A DNA stretch of 64,000 nt from an uncultured Verrucomicrobiae bacterium (GTDB lineage: Bacteria; Verrucomicrobiota; Verrucomicrobiia; Chthoniobacterales; Chthoniobacteraceae): contig CAVYKI010000006.1 of NCBI GenBank assembly GCA_963769025.1, positions 544,001-608,000 of the forward strand. The letters run 5' to 3'. The first letter of the stretch is position 1. Every line of letters starts with the position of its first letter. The notes below the pieces were generated by a model that saw only the letters and a program-made list of their open reading frames with translations, was not told the origin of the DNA and searched no databases. The translations under genes and the position numbers were made by a program. This document shows positions 10,726 through 22,882 of this stretch, one piece after another.

Positions 10726-11604
10726 ATGTCGAAAGTCACTCTTGGCCTCGTCCAGACAGCCGTCGGTCCTGATCCGAGGGCGAATCTTGAGAAGGCGATC
10801 GCAAAGACCATCGAGGCCGCGAAGGCTGGCGCGCAGATCGTCTGTTTGCAGGAGCTTTTCCGCAGCCAGTACTTTTGCCAGGTCGAGGATCACAAATACT
10901 TCGCGCTGGCCGAGGCGATTCCCGGGCCGAGCACGGAGGCGTTTTGCAAGGTCGCAAAGGAACACGGTGTCGTGATTGTTGCGTCGCTGTTCGAGAAACG
11001 CGCGGCGGGGCTGTATCACAACACCGCGGCGATCATCGATGCCGACGGGACCTACCTCGGGAAATACCGGAAGATGCACATCCCGGACGATCCGCTCTTT
11101 TACGAGAAGTTCTATTTCACGCCGGGCGATCTCGGCTTCCGCGCGTGGCAGACGAAGTTTGGAAAAATCGGCGTCTGCGTGTGCTGGGACCAGTGGTATC
11201 CCGAGGCCGCGCGGCTCACGGCGATGCAGGGCGCGCAGATCCTTTTTTATCCGACGGCCATCGGCTGGCACCCGTCGGAGAAGGCGCAGCACGGTGTGCG
11301 GCAGCATTCGTCGTGGGAGACAATCCAGCGCGCGCATGCGATCGCGAACGGCTGCTACGTCGCCGCCGTGAACCGCGTGGGCCACGAGGCGCCCGATGGC
11401 GGCCCCGGCTTGGAATTCTGGGGCCAGAGCTTTGTCGCGGATCCCGCCGGGCAGATTTTGCAACGCGCGAGCGTGGACAAGGAGGAGATACTGCTTGTCG
11501 AGGCGGACCTCGACGCCGTGGATACTCAGCGAACGCACTGGCCGTTCCTGCGCGACCGGCGCATTGATGCTTACGACCAAATCACGAAACGCTACCTGGA
11601 CTAA
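10726..11604 (+). CDS. aguB: N-carbamoylputrescine amidase (carbon-nitrogen hydrolase family)
   Basis: LQELF, YRKMHIPDDP and VCWDQWYPE give the Glu-Lys-Cys triad; adjacent to agmatine deiminase. Confidence 0.88.
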   Translation: MSKVTLGLVQTAVGPDPRANLEKAIAKTIEAAKAGAQIVCLQELFRSQYFCQVEDHKYFALAEAIPGPSTEAFCKVAKEHGVVIVASLFEKRAAGLYHNTAAIIDADGTYLGKYRKMHIPDDPLFYEKFYFTPGDLGFRAWQTKFGKIGVCVCWDQWYPEAARLTAMQGAQILFYPTAIGWHPSEKAQHGVRQHSSWETIQRAHAIANGCYVAAVNRVGHEAPDGGPGLEFWGQSFVADPAGQILQRASVDKEEILLVEADLDAVDTQRTHWPFLRDRRIDAYDQITKRYLD

Positions 11605-12750
11605 TGGGAAACGCCAAATCGATGAAGGAGGCGCCGGCCGTTCCGGCAGCGCGCGGCTACCGCATGCCTGCGGAATGGGAGCCGCCATGCCGCGACGTGG
11701 CTCTCGTGGCCGCGTCGCAAGGGGATCAGCTTTCCCGGCAAGGGGGCGTACGACAAGGCGATGCTCGCCATTGCAAAAATGGTCCACGCGCTGGCGGACT
11801 CGGAACCCGTGAATATCAACGTGTGCGATGCCGCGCACGAGGCCGACGTGCTGAAAACGTTGACGAAGGTCGGCGCGAATCACTCGCATGTCACCTTTCA
11901 CCACATTGAGAGCAACGAGCCGTGGTGCCGCGATCACGGGCCGATTTTCGTGACGCGCGACGAGGCGCCGAAATCGCTTGTGCTCGACTGGGGTTACAAC
12001 GCGTGGGGCTTCAAGTATCCGCCGTTTGACGACGACGATTACGTGCCGACGGCGGTGGCGGAAAAACTCGGCCTGCCGGTGGAATATCCCGGCATGGTCT
12101 TGGAAGGTGGTTCGATCGACGTGAATGGCGAAGGCGTGCTGCTCACGACGCGGAGCTGTCTGCTGAATCCGAATCGCAATCCCGACTTGAAACAGGCGCA
12201 GATCGAACAGCGCCTCCGCGATTTTCTCGGCGTGCGCGAGATCCTGTGGCTCGGCGACGGCATCGAGGGCGACGACACCGACGGGCACATCGACGACATC
12301 GCGCGTTTTGTAAGCCCCGACACGATCGTGTGCGCCATCGAGGAGGACGAGGCGGATTCCAATTACGAGGCGCTCAAGGCGAATCACGACTACCTCGCCG
12401 GCCTCACGTGCGAGCCGGAATCCGATCGCGCACGGGATGATGAAGCGGCTGGTGAAGATGAAGCGGCAGGCGAGGACGACGGCATGCCCTCGCGGTTCCA
12501 GGTCGTGAAGCTGCCGATGCCCCGCAAGCTCGTCCGCGACGGCCAGCGGCTCCCGGCGAGCTATGCGAATTTTTACATCGGCAACAAAGTCGTGTTGCTC
12601 CCGACTTTCGCGGACACGAACGACCGGTGGGCCGCCGCGATCCTCGAGAAGGCGTTTCCCGGACGGAAAGTGATCGGGATCGACTGCCGGGAACTCATCT
12701 GGGGCCTCGGCGCGTTCCATTGCCTCACGCAGCAGCAGCCTGCGGTGTAG
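11604..12750 (+). CDS. aguA: Agmatine deiminase family protein (frameshift near 11690)
   Basis: RMPAEWE, WCRDHGP, LEGGSI, DDTDGHID, ASYANFY and GAFHCLTQQQP. Confidence 0.9.
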
Positions 12751-12764
12751 CGCACGGGTTTGCG

Positions 12765-14021
<1,257 letters not shown>

Positions 14022-14038
14022 CGCTACGGTCCCGGCGC

Positions 14039-15199
14039 ATGAAGCTCTCCGCCTGCCTTGCCGGTCTGTTCGTCGTCGCGCTCGCGCACGCGCAGAACCT
14101 GCCGGATCCGGTGCCTGCGAAAGGCGAGGGTGAGCCTGCCTCCGGTGCCCCCGGCAAACCGGCGGATGCTCCCGAACCTGGACCGCGGCAGCTTTCATCC
14201 CGTGAGGCCGCCGACGCCGTCGGAGAGGATGAATTGCGCCAGATCGTGGATATCCTTCGCGACAATTATCTGCATCCGGATGCGCTCACCGACACCGCCC
14301 TTGCGCGTGCCGGACTTCAGGGGCTCCTCGAACGCCTCGGCGCGGGTGCGCGCATCTTTACCGCAGGCAAAAGGATGGAGCACCGCTCAGCGTTGTTTCG
14401 TTCCGAAATCATCACCGGCGACGTCGGCTATGTCCGTCTCGGAGCACTGACGATCGAGAACATCGCGGCGCTCGACGGCGCGCTGGAGGGCTTCGCCGCA
14501 AAGGCGCCGCCCGCGCTGGTATTCGACCTGCGCTCCACGCCGCACAGCACGGACTTTGAACTCGCGGCCGAGTGCTGCCGGCGCTTCGCGCCGAAGGGCC
14601 GGGTGCTCTTTTCAATCAAGCGCCCGAAGGCAAACGACGAGGAAATCCTGACCTCACGCGACGACCCGCGCTGGCGCGGCCTGCTCGTCGTGCTTGTGGA
14701 CGGCGACACCGCGGGATCGGGCGAGGTCGTCGCGGCGGTGCTGCGGACGCACTTGCGGGCCTACGTGATCGGCCAGCAGACGAAGGGCGAAGCTGCGCAA
14801 TTTGAGGAATTGCCACTGGGGGGCGGGCGTGTGTTGCGCGTGGCGATCGGCGAGGTCACGCTGCCGGATGCCACGCCGGTTTTCCCCGGCGGCCTCACAC
14901 CGGATCTCGTCGTAAATGTGTCACAGGAAATGACGGACGAGGTGCTCCAGCTTGCGATGAACGCCGGCGGGGTCGGGCCGCTCGTATCGGAAAAGCCGCG
15001 CGCCCGTATGAACGAGGCCGCCTTGATCGCCGGGACGAATCCCGAACTCGATGAAATGCAGGCATCCCTCAAGCTCCGGGCGCAAGGGCAGGAACCGGTG
15101 AAACTCCCGCGGGACGAGGCTCTGCAGCGTGCGCTCGATTTCATCACCACCATCCGCGTTTACGAGAGCCGCGAGAGCGCCGTTTCGGACAAGCGATAG
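14039..15199 (+). CDS. Exported S41 (tail-specific protease) family protein, catalytic residues apparently lost
   Basis: Signal peptide; GYVRL...VFDLR...LVVLVDGDTAGSGE...IGQQTKG...GLTPD...DEALQRAL layout of the S41 fold. Confidence 0.7.
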   Translation: MKLSACLAGLFVVALAHAQNLPDPVPAKGEGEPASGAPGKPADAPEPGPRQLSSREAADAVGEDELRQIVDILRDNYLHPDALTDTALARAGLQGLLERLGAGARIFTAGKRMEHRSALFRSEIITGDVGYVRLGALTIENIAALDGALEGFAAKAPPALVFDLRSTPHSTDFELAAECCRRFAPKGRVLFSIKRPKANDEEILTSRDDPRWRGLLVVLVDGDTAGSGEVVAAVLRTHLRAYVIGQQTKGEAAQFEELPLGGGRVLRVAIGEVTLPDATPVFPGGLTPDLVVNVSQEMTDEVLQLAMNAGGVGPLVSEKPRARMNEAALIAGTNPELDEMQASLKLRAQGQEPVKLPRDEALQRALDFITTIRVYESRESAVSDKR

Positions 15200-15348
15200 C
15201 ACTCGCCGGAGTTCCGGCGCGCGGTCCCGAACCGGCTCAGGGTGAACGCTGCGCATCCGCCCAAAGCGACTCACGCGAGGAGTGCTTCTCCTGCCCATTC
15301 CCAAAATCCTCCCGTCACCGCTCGGCTGCAGGCAGCCGTGCAGCAGAC

Positions 15349-15432
15349 TACCGACGGAGGGGCTCGAACCCACACATCCTTGCGGATACCAGATTTTGAG
15401 TCTAGCGCGTCTGCCAATTCCGCCACGTCGGC
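15349..15432 (-). tRNA. tRNA-Leu(CAA)
   Basis: Reverse complement reads GCCGACGTGGCGGAATTGGCAGACGCGCTAGACTCAAAATCTGG...GGTTCGAGCCCCTCCGTCGGTA. Anticodon CAA, long variable arm, CCA not encoded. Confidence 0.95.
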
Positions 15433-15687
15433 TTATCTTTTGAGGACGACATCGATTCGTTTCGAGCCACCCGCGAAGCTGTGAAACGTCGCGCCGGCAG
15501 GAAGCTTGTCAGAACGGCATCCGTCAACGCGGGAGACTTGAGGTGGTCTCTGATTCGCGCAAGCGGAAAGTTTCTGCCCTCCGGTTGTGTGGCGCGCAGC
15601 GCTTCATGCGGAGACCGGCGACGTATAGGCTGCTCAGCGGGGCATCTGCTGAGCGAAGGGAAGTGCGGTGCGGAAGCGATCCGAGGC

Positions 15688-16026
15688 CTATTTTTGTTCG
15701 CGGGTTTCTTTCGCTTTCTGTTCGAGTTCCTTCGCCGTCTGTTTTCCCGACTCGCGAACATTTTCAGCCGTCTGCTCGGCAGCTTTTTTGTCCGCTTCCG
15801 CACGGGCGGTGGCGGAATCCTTGGCAGCTTCGGCGTCCTTGGCTGCCTGTTTTTCCAGATTGGCCGCATCGGCCTTTGCATCCTTGCGGACGCTGTCGGC
15901 CTTGTTTTCGAGCGCGTCGGCCTTGCTCTCCAGCGCTTCCTTGCGGCTCGATTCGACTTTGGAATCACAGGCCGTAAGCCCGAGCATGCTGACAGTGATG
16001 GCGGTGAGTGCGATGAGGGTTTTCAT
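15688..16026 (-). CDS. Small Ala/Lys/Glu-rich helical lipoprotein (LEA/stress-like)
   Basis: Lipobox LTAC after a hydrophobic leader; repetitive charged helical composition. Confidence 0.75.
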   Translation of the reverse strand: MKTLIALTAITVSMLGLTACDSKVESSRKEALESKADALENKADSVRKDAKADAANLEKQAAKDAEAAKDSATARAEADKKAAEQTAENVRESGKQTAKELEQKAKETREQK

Positions 16027-16254
16027 GGGGTGCATTTTCGTTGAAATCGTGCTCGGCGGGTGTGGTGGACGTATGGCGCGGCATCCTTCTGCAAATGGGA
16101 GCAGCCGTCGCGTGGGTGCGGCGCGAATCGGAAAGCATGAAAAGGGTATCCAGAATTTGCCGCAGACGCGCCCTCGCCCGTTCGAGCGAAGGTTCGGCCT
16201 GCGGATCGCAATCCACTGCCACCGCTTACCCGAAAAACTGACGCGTCCTCGCCC

Positions 16255-16740
16255 ATGCGCTCACGATCCAAGCTCTCCAAATCAAGGTTCTCTTCGACCT
16301 TCACGCGGATCGCGCAGTGGTGCGCGACGATGGCGGGCCGCCCCGTGGCGTTCGCGATCGCAGCCGGAATGATACTCATCTGGCTGATCGCCGGACCCAT
16401 TTTCGCGTTCAGCGACACGTGGCAGCTCATCATCAACACGAGCACCACCATCATCACGTTCCTGATGGTCTTCCTCATCCAGAACAGCCAGAACCGCGAC
16501 ACCCGGGCGATCCAGATCAAGCTGGACGAGTTGATCCGCGCGACCCAAGGGGCGCATGTCGCGTTGCTGGATCTCGAGGAACTTTCCGAGGAGGACTTGG
16601 CGAAGATTCGGGACGATTATGAGCGCCTTGCGAAACTCGCGCGTGAACAACTCGCGAAAGGCCGGAGCGACACCGATTCTCCCGAGATCGAGCACGGGCG
16701 CGTGAAGGCAACCACTTCACGAAAGCCGCGGGGCAAATAG
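16255..16740 (+). CDS. Low-affinity iron permease (Fet4-like) family protein
   Basis: FSDTWQLIINTSTTIITFLMVFLIQNSQNRDTRAIQIKLDELIRA signature. Confidence 0.9.
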   Translation: MRSRSKLSKSRFSSTFTRIAQWCATMAGRPVAFAIAAGMILIWLIAGPIFAFSDTWQLIINTSTTIITFLMVFLIQNSQNRDTRAIQIKLDELIRATQGAHVALLDLEELSEEDLAKIRDDYERLAKLAREQLAKGRSDTDSPEIEHGRVKATTSRKPRGK

Positions 16741-16845
16741 GCGTTCCGAACCGAGTGACATTCATCGGGTTCCCCCTTACATGGGGTGAGTGTTCCAGCG
16801 GGGCGGTTGCCCCAACGGAAGCACCAATCGCTCAACTCCATCCCC

Positions 16846-18387
16846 ATGAAATACATCGCCCTCCTCCTGTCGCTCTGCATCGCCGCATCCTCATCCGCCG
16901 AGGAGAAGCGCCGTCCGAATATCCTGTTCATCCTCGTGGACGACCAGTCGCCGTTTGATTTCAAATTCTACAACCCCAAATCGCCGCTTCAGTCGCCGAA
17001 CATCGACCGCCTTGCGGCGGAGGGCATGGTGCTCGACAGCGCGTATCACATGGGCTCCTTCAGCGGCGCGGTCTGCACTCCGTCGCGGCACATGATCATG
17101 ACCGGACGCACGGTGTGGCACCTGCCGATCGGACCCGGGGCGAAGGCACATTGCCCGCCCGGCATCGCGCAGAACACGATTCCCGCCGTTTTCAACCGCG
17201 CCGGATACGCCACGATGCGCACGTGCAAGCGAGGCAACAGCTACGAGGATGCGAACAAGCTATTCACCGTGCGGCACGATGCGGAAAAGCGCGGAAGCAC
17301 GGAGGAGTCGGGCAGCGCCTGGCATGCGGATCAGGTCCTGAACTACCTGAACGACCGGGAGACATCCAAGGATGCCAAACCGTTCCTGATCTACTTCGGA
17401 TTTTCGCATCCGCACGACACGCGCGACGGCAAGCCGGAGCTGCTCGCGCGCTACGGCGCCGTCAATCACACCGACAAAAACGCCCTGCCGCCTGCAAATC
17501 CGAAGCTTCCCGCTCTTCCCGCGAACTGGCTGCCCGCGAAGCCGTTTCCCGATGGCCATCCGGGTCTGCGCGATGAGACGACCGTCAGCGGCGTGTGGGA
17601 AAAGCGTGATGAGCGCACCATCCGCAATGAACTCGGCCGCGAATACGCATGCAGCGAGAACATCGACATCCAGCTCGGCCGCGTGCTGGAGAAGCTCAAG
17701 GCGATGGGCGAACTGGACAACACCTACATTTTCTACACTTCCGACCATGGCATCGCGATCGGACGACACGCGTTCCAAGGGAAGCAGAATCTCTACGAGC
17801 ACACATGGCGCGTGCCATTTGTCGTGAAGGGGCCCGGCATCAAGCCGGGATCGCGCGCGGAGGGAAACATCTACCTGCTCGATGTGCTCGCCACGCTGTG
17901 CGACCTCACCGGTGTTCCTGCGCCGGAGAGCAACGAGGGCATCAGCTTCAAGCCGGTGCTGACTGGCCAGAAGCCCGCGGTGCGCGATGTCCTCTACGGC
18001 GTTTACAACGGTGGCACCAAACCCGGAATGCGCAGCGTGAAACAGGGGGACTGGAAATTGATCCAGTACGATGTGATGAACGGCGCCGTGCGCGAAACCC
18101 AGTTGTTCAATCTCAAGGATAACCCGGAGGAATTTCTCGCCGAGCATCACGACCCCAAGGTGACGGCATTGACCGGCGCAAAGCCCACGAGCGGACAGGT
18201 CAATCTCGCCAGCGACCCGCGCCACGCCGTCAAGTTGGCTGAGATGCAGGGGCTCCTGCTCGCCGAAATGCGCCGCCTCAACGACCCGTGGCGATTGTGG
18301 AACCAACCCGCCGACGGGCTCACGCCGCCACCCGAGGGTCCGCTCTCCGGGCAGGGCAGGGGCAAGGGTGCAAAAAAGCAGAAGTGA
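16846..18387 (+). CDS. Sulfatase (Cys-type, exported)
   Basis: RPNILFILVDD, CTPSR, YTSDHG and GKQNLYE. Confidence 0.9.
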   Translation: MKYIALLLSLCIAASSSAEEKRRPNILFILVDDQSPFDFKFYNPKSPLQSPNIDRLAAEGMVLDSAYHMGSFSGAVCTPSRHMIMTGRTVWHLPIGPGAKAHCPPGIAQNTIPAVFNRAGYATMRTCKRGNSYEDANKLFTVRHDAEKRGSTEESGSAWHADQVLNYLNDRETSKDAKPFLIYFGFSHPHDTRDGKPELLARYGAVNHTDKNALPPANPKLPALPANWLPAKPFPDGHPGLRDETTVSGVWEKRDERTIRNELGREYACSENIDIQLGRVLEKLKAMGELDNTYIFYTSDHGIAIGRHAFQGKQNLYEHTWRVPFVVKGPGIKPGSRAEGNIYLLDVLATLCDLTGVPAPESNEGISFKPVLTGQKPAVRDVLYGVYNGGTKPGMRSVKQGDWKLIQYDVMNGAVRETQLFNLKDNPEEFLAEHHDPKVTALTGAKPTSGQVNLASDPRHAVKLAEMQGLLLAEMRRLNDPWRLWNQPADGLTPPPEGPLSGQGRGKGAKKQK

Positions 18388-18472
18388 TGATTTCCGCCGT
18401 GCTGCCGATGATGCGCCGCCCGCGGTTTGCATTCCCTTTGCCCGGACGGAGAGCCCGGTTGCATACTGAGCA

Positions 18473-19366
18473 ATGACGAGTGCCAAATTTGGAATCCCGG
18501 AGCTCCGCGGGCGCCGCTGGCTGCTCTGCCTGCTGATGCTTGCTTCATTCACGATTCCGCGTCCGTCATTCGCCCAGACGGGCGTCCGTCTCCAGCTTGT
18601 CTCCGAACAAACTGCCATCGTTCCGGGAAAACCGTTCACCGTCGGCCTCTGGCTTCAGCATGAGCGCGGATACCACACCTACTGGCGCGTTCCCGGCATT
18701 GTCGGCGTTCCGACACAGTTGAAGTGGAAGCTGCCGCCCGGCTGGCAGGCTGGGGAACTCGTTTACCCCGAGCCGGAGCGAACGCTCATGTTTCAGATCA
18801 AGGCGCAGGGATTCGATCGCGACGTCATGTTGCGCACCGAGATCCTGCCGCCTGCGGACCTGAAGCCGGGCGAACGCATTACGCTTGCTGCCACGGCATC
18901 GTTCATGGCCTGCGGCAGGTCGTGTCACCCTGGAGCGAAGGAAATCAGCCTCACGCTGCCAGTCGCCTCGACGGCCGGGCTGAAAGAGAAATGGCACAAG
19001 CTCCTGAATGAAGAGCGTGCCCGCGCGGAACAGCCGAGCGACGCGTGGGTCTCCACCGCCAGCGAGAATGGCGGCGTCTTCACACTTTCGCTGAAACCCG
19101 TTTCCCGCAACGCACGCCCCAGCAAGGACCAACGCGAGGCCGAGAGCATCGTCTGCTTTACCGAGGACGGCCGTTTCGACACCGACAAACCGCAAACCAT
19201 CAAGCGCCACGATGACGGCAGCCTGACCATCACGCTCATGAAACCGGATGCCGACTCCGCCGGCGTGGCGCCCAAAACTTTGCGCGTCATCGTTCGCAAC
19301 AACAGCGGCTGGCTCCGCGGCGGCCGGCTGCGCTGCCTGCAGATTGCGCCGAAGCTTGCGCGCTGA
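18473..19366 (+). CDS. DsbD N-terminal-like domain protein (exported)
   Basis: GYHTYWRVPGIVGVPT...WKLPPGW and CxxxC (ACGRSCHPG), typical of the nDsbD domain; no TM or thioredoxin domain. Confidence 0.75.
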   Translation: MTSAKFGIPELRGRRWLLCLLMLASFTIPRPSFAQTGVRLQLVSEQTAIVPGKPFTVGLWLQHERGYHTYWRVPGIVGVPTQLKWKLPPGWQAGELVYPEPERTLMFQIKAQGFDRDVMLRTEILPPADLKPGERITLAATASFMACGRSCHPGAKEISLTLPVASTAGLKEKWHKLLNEERARAEQPSDAWVSTASENGGVFTLSLKPVSRNARPSKDQREAESIVCFTEDGRFDTDKPQTIKRHDDGSLTITLMKPDADSAGVAPKTLRVIVRNNSGWLRGGRLRCLQIAPKLAR

Positions 19367-19541
19367 TCGCGGAATCGTGGCGGTGGGTTCGAAAGGCGCC
19401 GCGATTGTTGCAGAGGCGGAGAGGTTGCACGGTATGGCCGATCCGTTCAAAGTTCCGCGCTCCTCCACCATCGCATCCGGGAACACATTGCCGAAAAAGC
19501 GCGGCGACTGGAACCTGCGGGCGTCCAACCTCCAGACCAAC

Positions 19542-20993
19542 ATGAAAGCATTTCTCGCAATCCTCCTTTGCACCCTCTCGGCAGCGCAGCTCCGTGCGGC
19601 CGGAACGAAGCCGAACATCATCTTCGTGATGGCCGACGACATGGGCTGGGGGCAGACCGGCTATCGCGGACATCCCGTGCTGAAGACGCCCAATCTCGAT
19701 GCGATGGCGGCGAACGGACTCCGCCTCGATCGATTTTACGCGGGCGCGCCGGTGTGTTCGCCGACTCGCGCGAGTGTGCTCACGGGCCGCTCGAATGACC
19801 GCGCGGGCGTCCTCACACACGGCTATGCGCTGCGCCTGCAGGAAAAGACGATCGGCCAGGCCTTGCGAGATGCGGGCTACGTGACGGGGCATTTCGGAAA
19901 ATGGCACCTCGATGGGTTCAAGGGCCCGGGCGCGCCGATTTTCGCCAGCGATCCGCGCAGTCCCGGTGCGTTCGGTTTTGACGAATGGGTATCGGTGACG
20001 AACTTTTTCGATCAGAACCCGCTGATGTCGCGAAAGGGGAAGTTCGAGGAGTTCACCGGCGACTCGTCGGACGTTGCGGTCGCGGAGGCGCTCAAGTTCA
20101 TCGAAGGTCATCGTGCGGGGGAAAAGCCGATGTTCGTCGTCATCTGGTACGGCACGCCGCACAGTCCCTTCAGGGCGCTCGAGGCGGACAAGGCTGCGTT
20201 CGGCGCGCTGAACAAGCCCTCGCAGGAGCACTACGGCGAGCTCGTCGCCCTCGACCGCAGTGTGGGCGCGCTGCGGGGAAAACTGCGCGACCTCGGCATC
20301 GCCGACAACACGCTGATCGTCTTCAACAGCGATAACGGCGGGCTGCCGGGCATCACACCGGAAACGGTGGGTGGCTTGCGCGGATTCAAGGCCTCGATCT
20401 ACGAAGGCGGACTGCGGGTGCCGGGAATCATCGAGTGGCCTGCGGTCATCAAGACGCCGCGCGTGACGAATTATCCCGCGAGCACGATGGACCTGTTCCC
20501 CACCGTCGTGGACATTCTCGGCCTGCCGCAAGACGTGATGGTCCAGCCGGTGGACGGCTCCAGCCTGCGCCCGCTTTTCACCGGTGAAATCGGCGAGCGC
20601 CGCAAGCCGATTCCGTTTCGCTTCCACGCGAAGGCCGCCCTCGTGGACAACCGGTACAAATTGCTCACCGACGATTTGAAGAAGGGAAGCTTTGCGCTTT
20701 ATGACCTCGAAGCCGACCCGAAGGAATCGCGCGACGTCACCGCCGAGCAGCCCGGGGTCGCGGCGCGCATGAAGAAGGAATTGCTCGCGTGGAATGAAAG
20801 CGTGGAGGCGAGCTTCGCCGGCAAGGACTATCCCGAGGGCAAAGTCACGCCGCCGGATCCCGCTTCGATCGCGTGGACCACGCATCCCGGCTACCAGCCG
20901 TACCTCGCGGAGTGGGGGAAGCGGTGGGAATACGAGTCGGCCATCAAAGCCGTGAGCAAAGCCTCGAAGGCTGGCGCGAAAAAGGACGACTAG
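19542..20993 (+). CDS. Sulfatase (Cys-type, exported)
   Basis: KPNIIFVMADDMG, CSPTRASVLTGR, GKWHL, SDNGG and YEGGLRVP. Confidence 0.92.
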   Translation: MKAFLAILLCTLSAAQLRAAGTKPNIIFVMADDMGWGQTGYRGHPVLKTPNLDAMAANGLRLDRFYAGAPVCSPTRASVLTGRSNDRAGVLTHGYALRLQEKTIGQALRDAGYVTGHFGKWHLDGFKGPGAPIFASDPRSPGAFGFDEWVSVTNFFDQNPLMSRKGKFEEFTGDSSDVAVAEALKFIEGHRAGEKPMFVVIWYGTPHSPFRALEADKAAFGALNKPSQEHYGELVALDRSVGALRGKLRDLGIADNTLIVFNSDNGGLPGITPETVGGLRGFKASIYEGGLRVPGIIEWPAVIKTPRVTNYPASTMDLFPTVVDILGLPQDVMVQPVDGSSLRPLFTGEIGERRKPIPFRFHAKAALVDNRYKLLTDDLKKGSFALYDLEADPKESRDVTAEQPGVAARMKKELLAWNESVEASFAGKDYPEGKVTPPDPASIAWTTHPGYQPYLAEWGKRWEYESAIKAVSKASKAGAKKDD

Positions 20994-21151
20994 CGCGCGC
21001 ATTGAATGAACGTAATGCTCCGCCTCACCGCCCGAATCTGGGCTGCACGCGATGCCGAAGCAAAGGGCGATGTCATCTCCATGTTCATCCGCTTCAGCCT
21101 CGAAGCCGGCCTCGCTCCTCAAGACTCGAAACCAACCAAACCCCAAATCCC

Positions 21152-22748
21152 ATGAAGCACATCCTCATCCCTCTCGTCCTCGCCCCGCTGGCGGGCCTGC
21201 TCGCCGCGGACACGCCGGCGACCAAGCCCAACATCCTCTTCATCTTTTCCGACGACCACGCGCAGCACGCCATCTCCGCGTACGGATCGAAGGTGAACAA
21301 GACGCCGAACATCGATCGTCTCGCGACGGGCGGCGCGCGGTTCACGAATTCGTTCGTCACCAATTCCATCTGCACGCCGAGCCGCGCGACGCTGCTCACC
21401 GGGCAGTACTCGCATCTCAACGGCGTGCCGGTTTTCAATCGCTTCGACGGCGCGCGCGACAATGTCGCCAAGCAGCTGCAGGCGGGCGGATATCACACCG
21501 GCATGATCGGAAAATGGCACCTCGGCTCCGATCCCACGGGCTTCGATCGCTGGATCATTCTCCCCGGCCAGGGGGCGTATTGGAACCCCGTGTTCCTCGT
21601 CCCCGGTCGCAAGCTCACCATCGAGGGCCACTGCACCGACATCACGACGGACCTCGGCATCGAGTTCCTGAGAACACGTCCGCAGGACAAGCCGTTCTTT
21701 CTCATGCTGCATCAAAAGGCGCCGCACCGCGCGTGGGAGCCCGACGAGCGGAACAAGGCGCTCTTCAAGGACAAGGTCATCCCCGAGCCCGACACGCTGT
21801 GGGACGATTACGCCACGCGCCCCACGGCGTTGCCGACGAATGAACAGACCGTCGCGCGCGACCTCACGCGCCGTGATTTGAAGCTCCAGCCGCCCGCCGA
21901 TTTGAAAGGCCCTGCGCTGCAAAAGTGGATGAATCAAAAGCCCGACGGAACTCACCGTCGACGGCAAGACCCTCACCGGGAAGGAACTCATCAAATGGAA
22001 ATACCAGCGCTACATGCAGGACTATCTCGCCTGCGTGCAGGGCGTGGATGACGGCGTGGGCAAGGTCCTCGACTACCTCGACCAGACCGGCCTCGCGAAA
22101 AACACCATCGTCTTTTACTCCGCCGACAATGGCTGGTATCTCGGCGACCTCGGCCTCTACGACAAGCGCTTCATGTACGAGCCCGGCCTGAAGGTCCCGC
22201 TCCTCGCGCGCGGCCCCGGCATCAAGGCCGGCGGCACGCCCGAGCAATTTGTCGCCAACATCGATCTCGCGCCGACTTTCCTCGATCTCGCCGGGCTGCC
22301 GGTTCCGGATTCCATGCAGGGCCGCTCGCTCGCTCCGTTGCTGCGCGGCGAATCGCCCGCCGACTGGCGCACTTCGGTGTACTACCGCTACTACCACGAC
22401 CCCGGCCACCACAACACCGCCGCGCAGCTCGGCGTCCGCACCGCCACGCACAAGCTGATCTATTATTGGAAAAAGGACGCGTATGAGATGTTCGACCTCA
22501 CCAAGGATCCGACCGAGCAGCACAATCTCCTCTACGACGCGAAGGATGCGAAGCAGCCCGAAGTCGCCGCAAAATTTGCCGAACTGAAGGCTGAAATCAC
22601 ACGCCTGCAGAAAGAGTACAAGGACGACGGCCAATATGCCGATCCGACGACCTGGCCAAAGGGGGGCGCCGACGGTCCTTTTGACGCCTACAAGCCCGGC
22701 GGCACGAAGACTGTCGCCGAGGCCATCGCAGACACGGGTGCAAAATAG
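21152..22748 (+). CDS. Sulfatase (Cys-type, exported; frameshift near 21940)
   Basis: KPNILFIFSDDH, CTPSRATLLTG and GKWHL; second half DYLACVQGVDD...DKRFMYE in the shifted frame. Confidence 0.9.
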
Positions 22749-22882
22749 AGCGCTGCGCCTTCCTGCGTGCCAGGGCGCCATGGACGCGAAGCCGGCGAGA
22801 GTAAGCGCGCGACATTCAGATGCGCGTCGATCGGGAACGTGCGCCTCCGAACCAGCCGCCCCGTTTGCCGGCGGTGGTCGTA

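Noticed and set aside
9030..11700. Programmed ribosomal frameshifting in purL, the cyclophilins or aguA
   Set aside because: No consistent slippery site or stimulator, and the same type of break occurs throughout the window.
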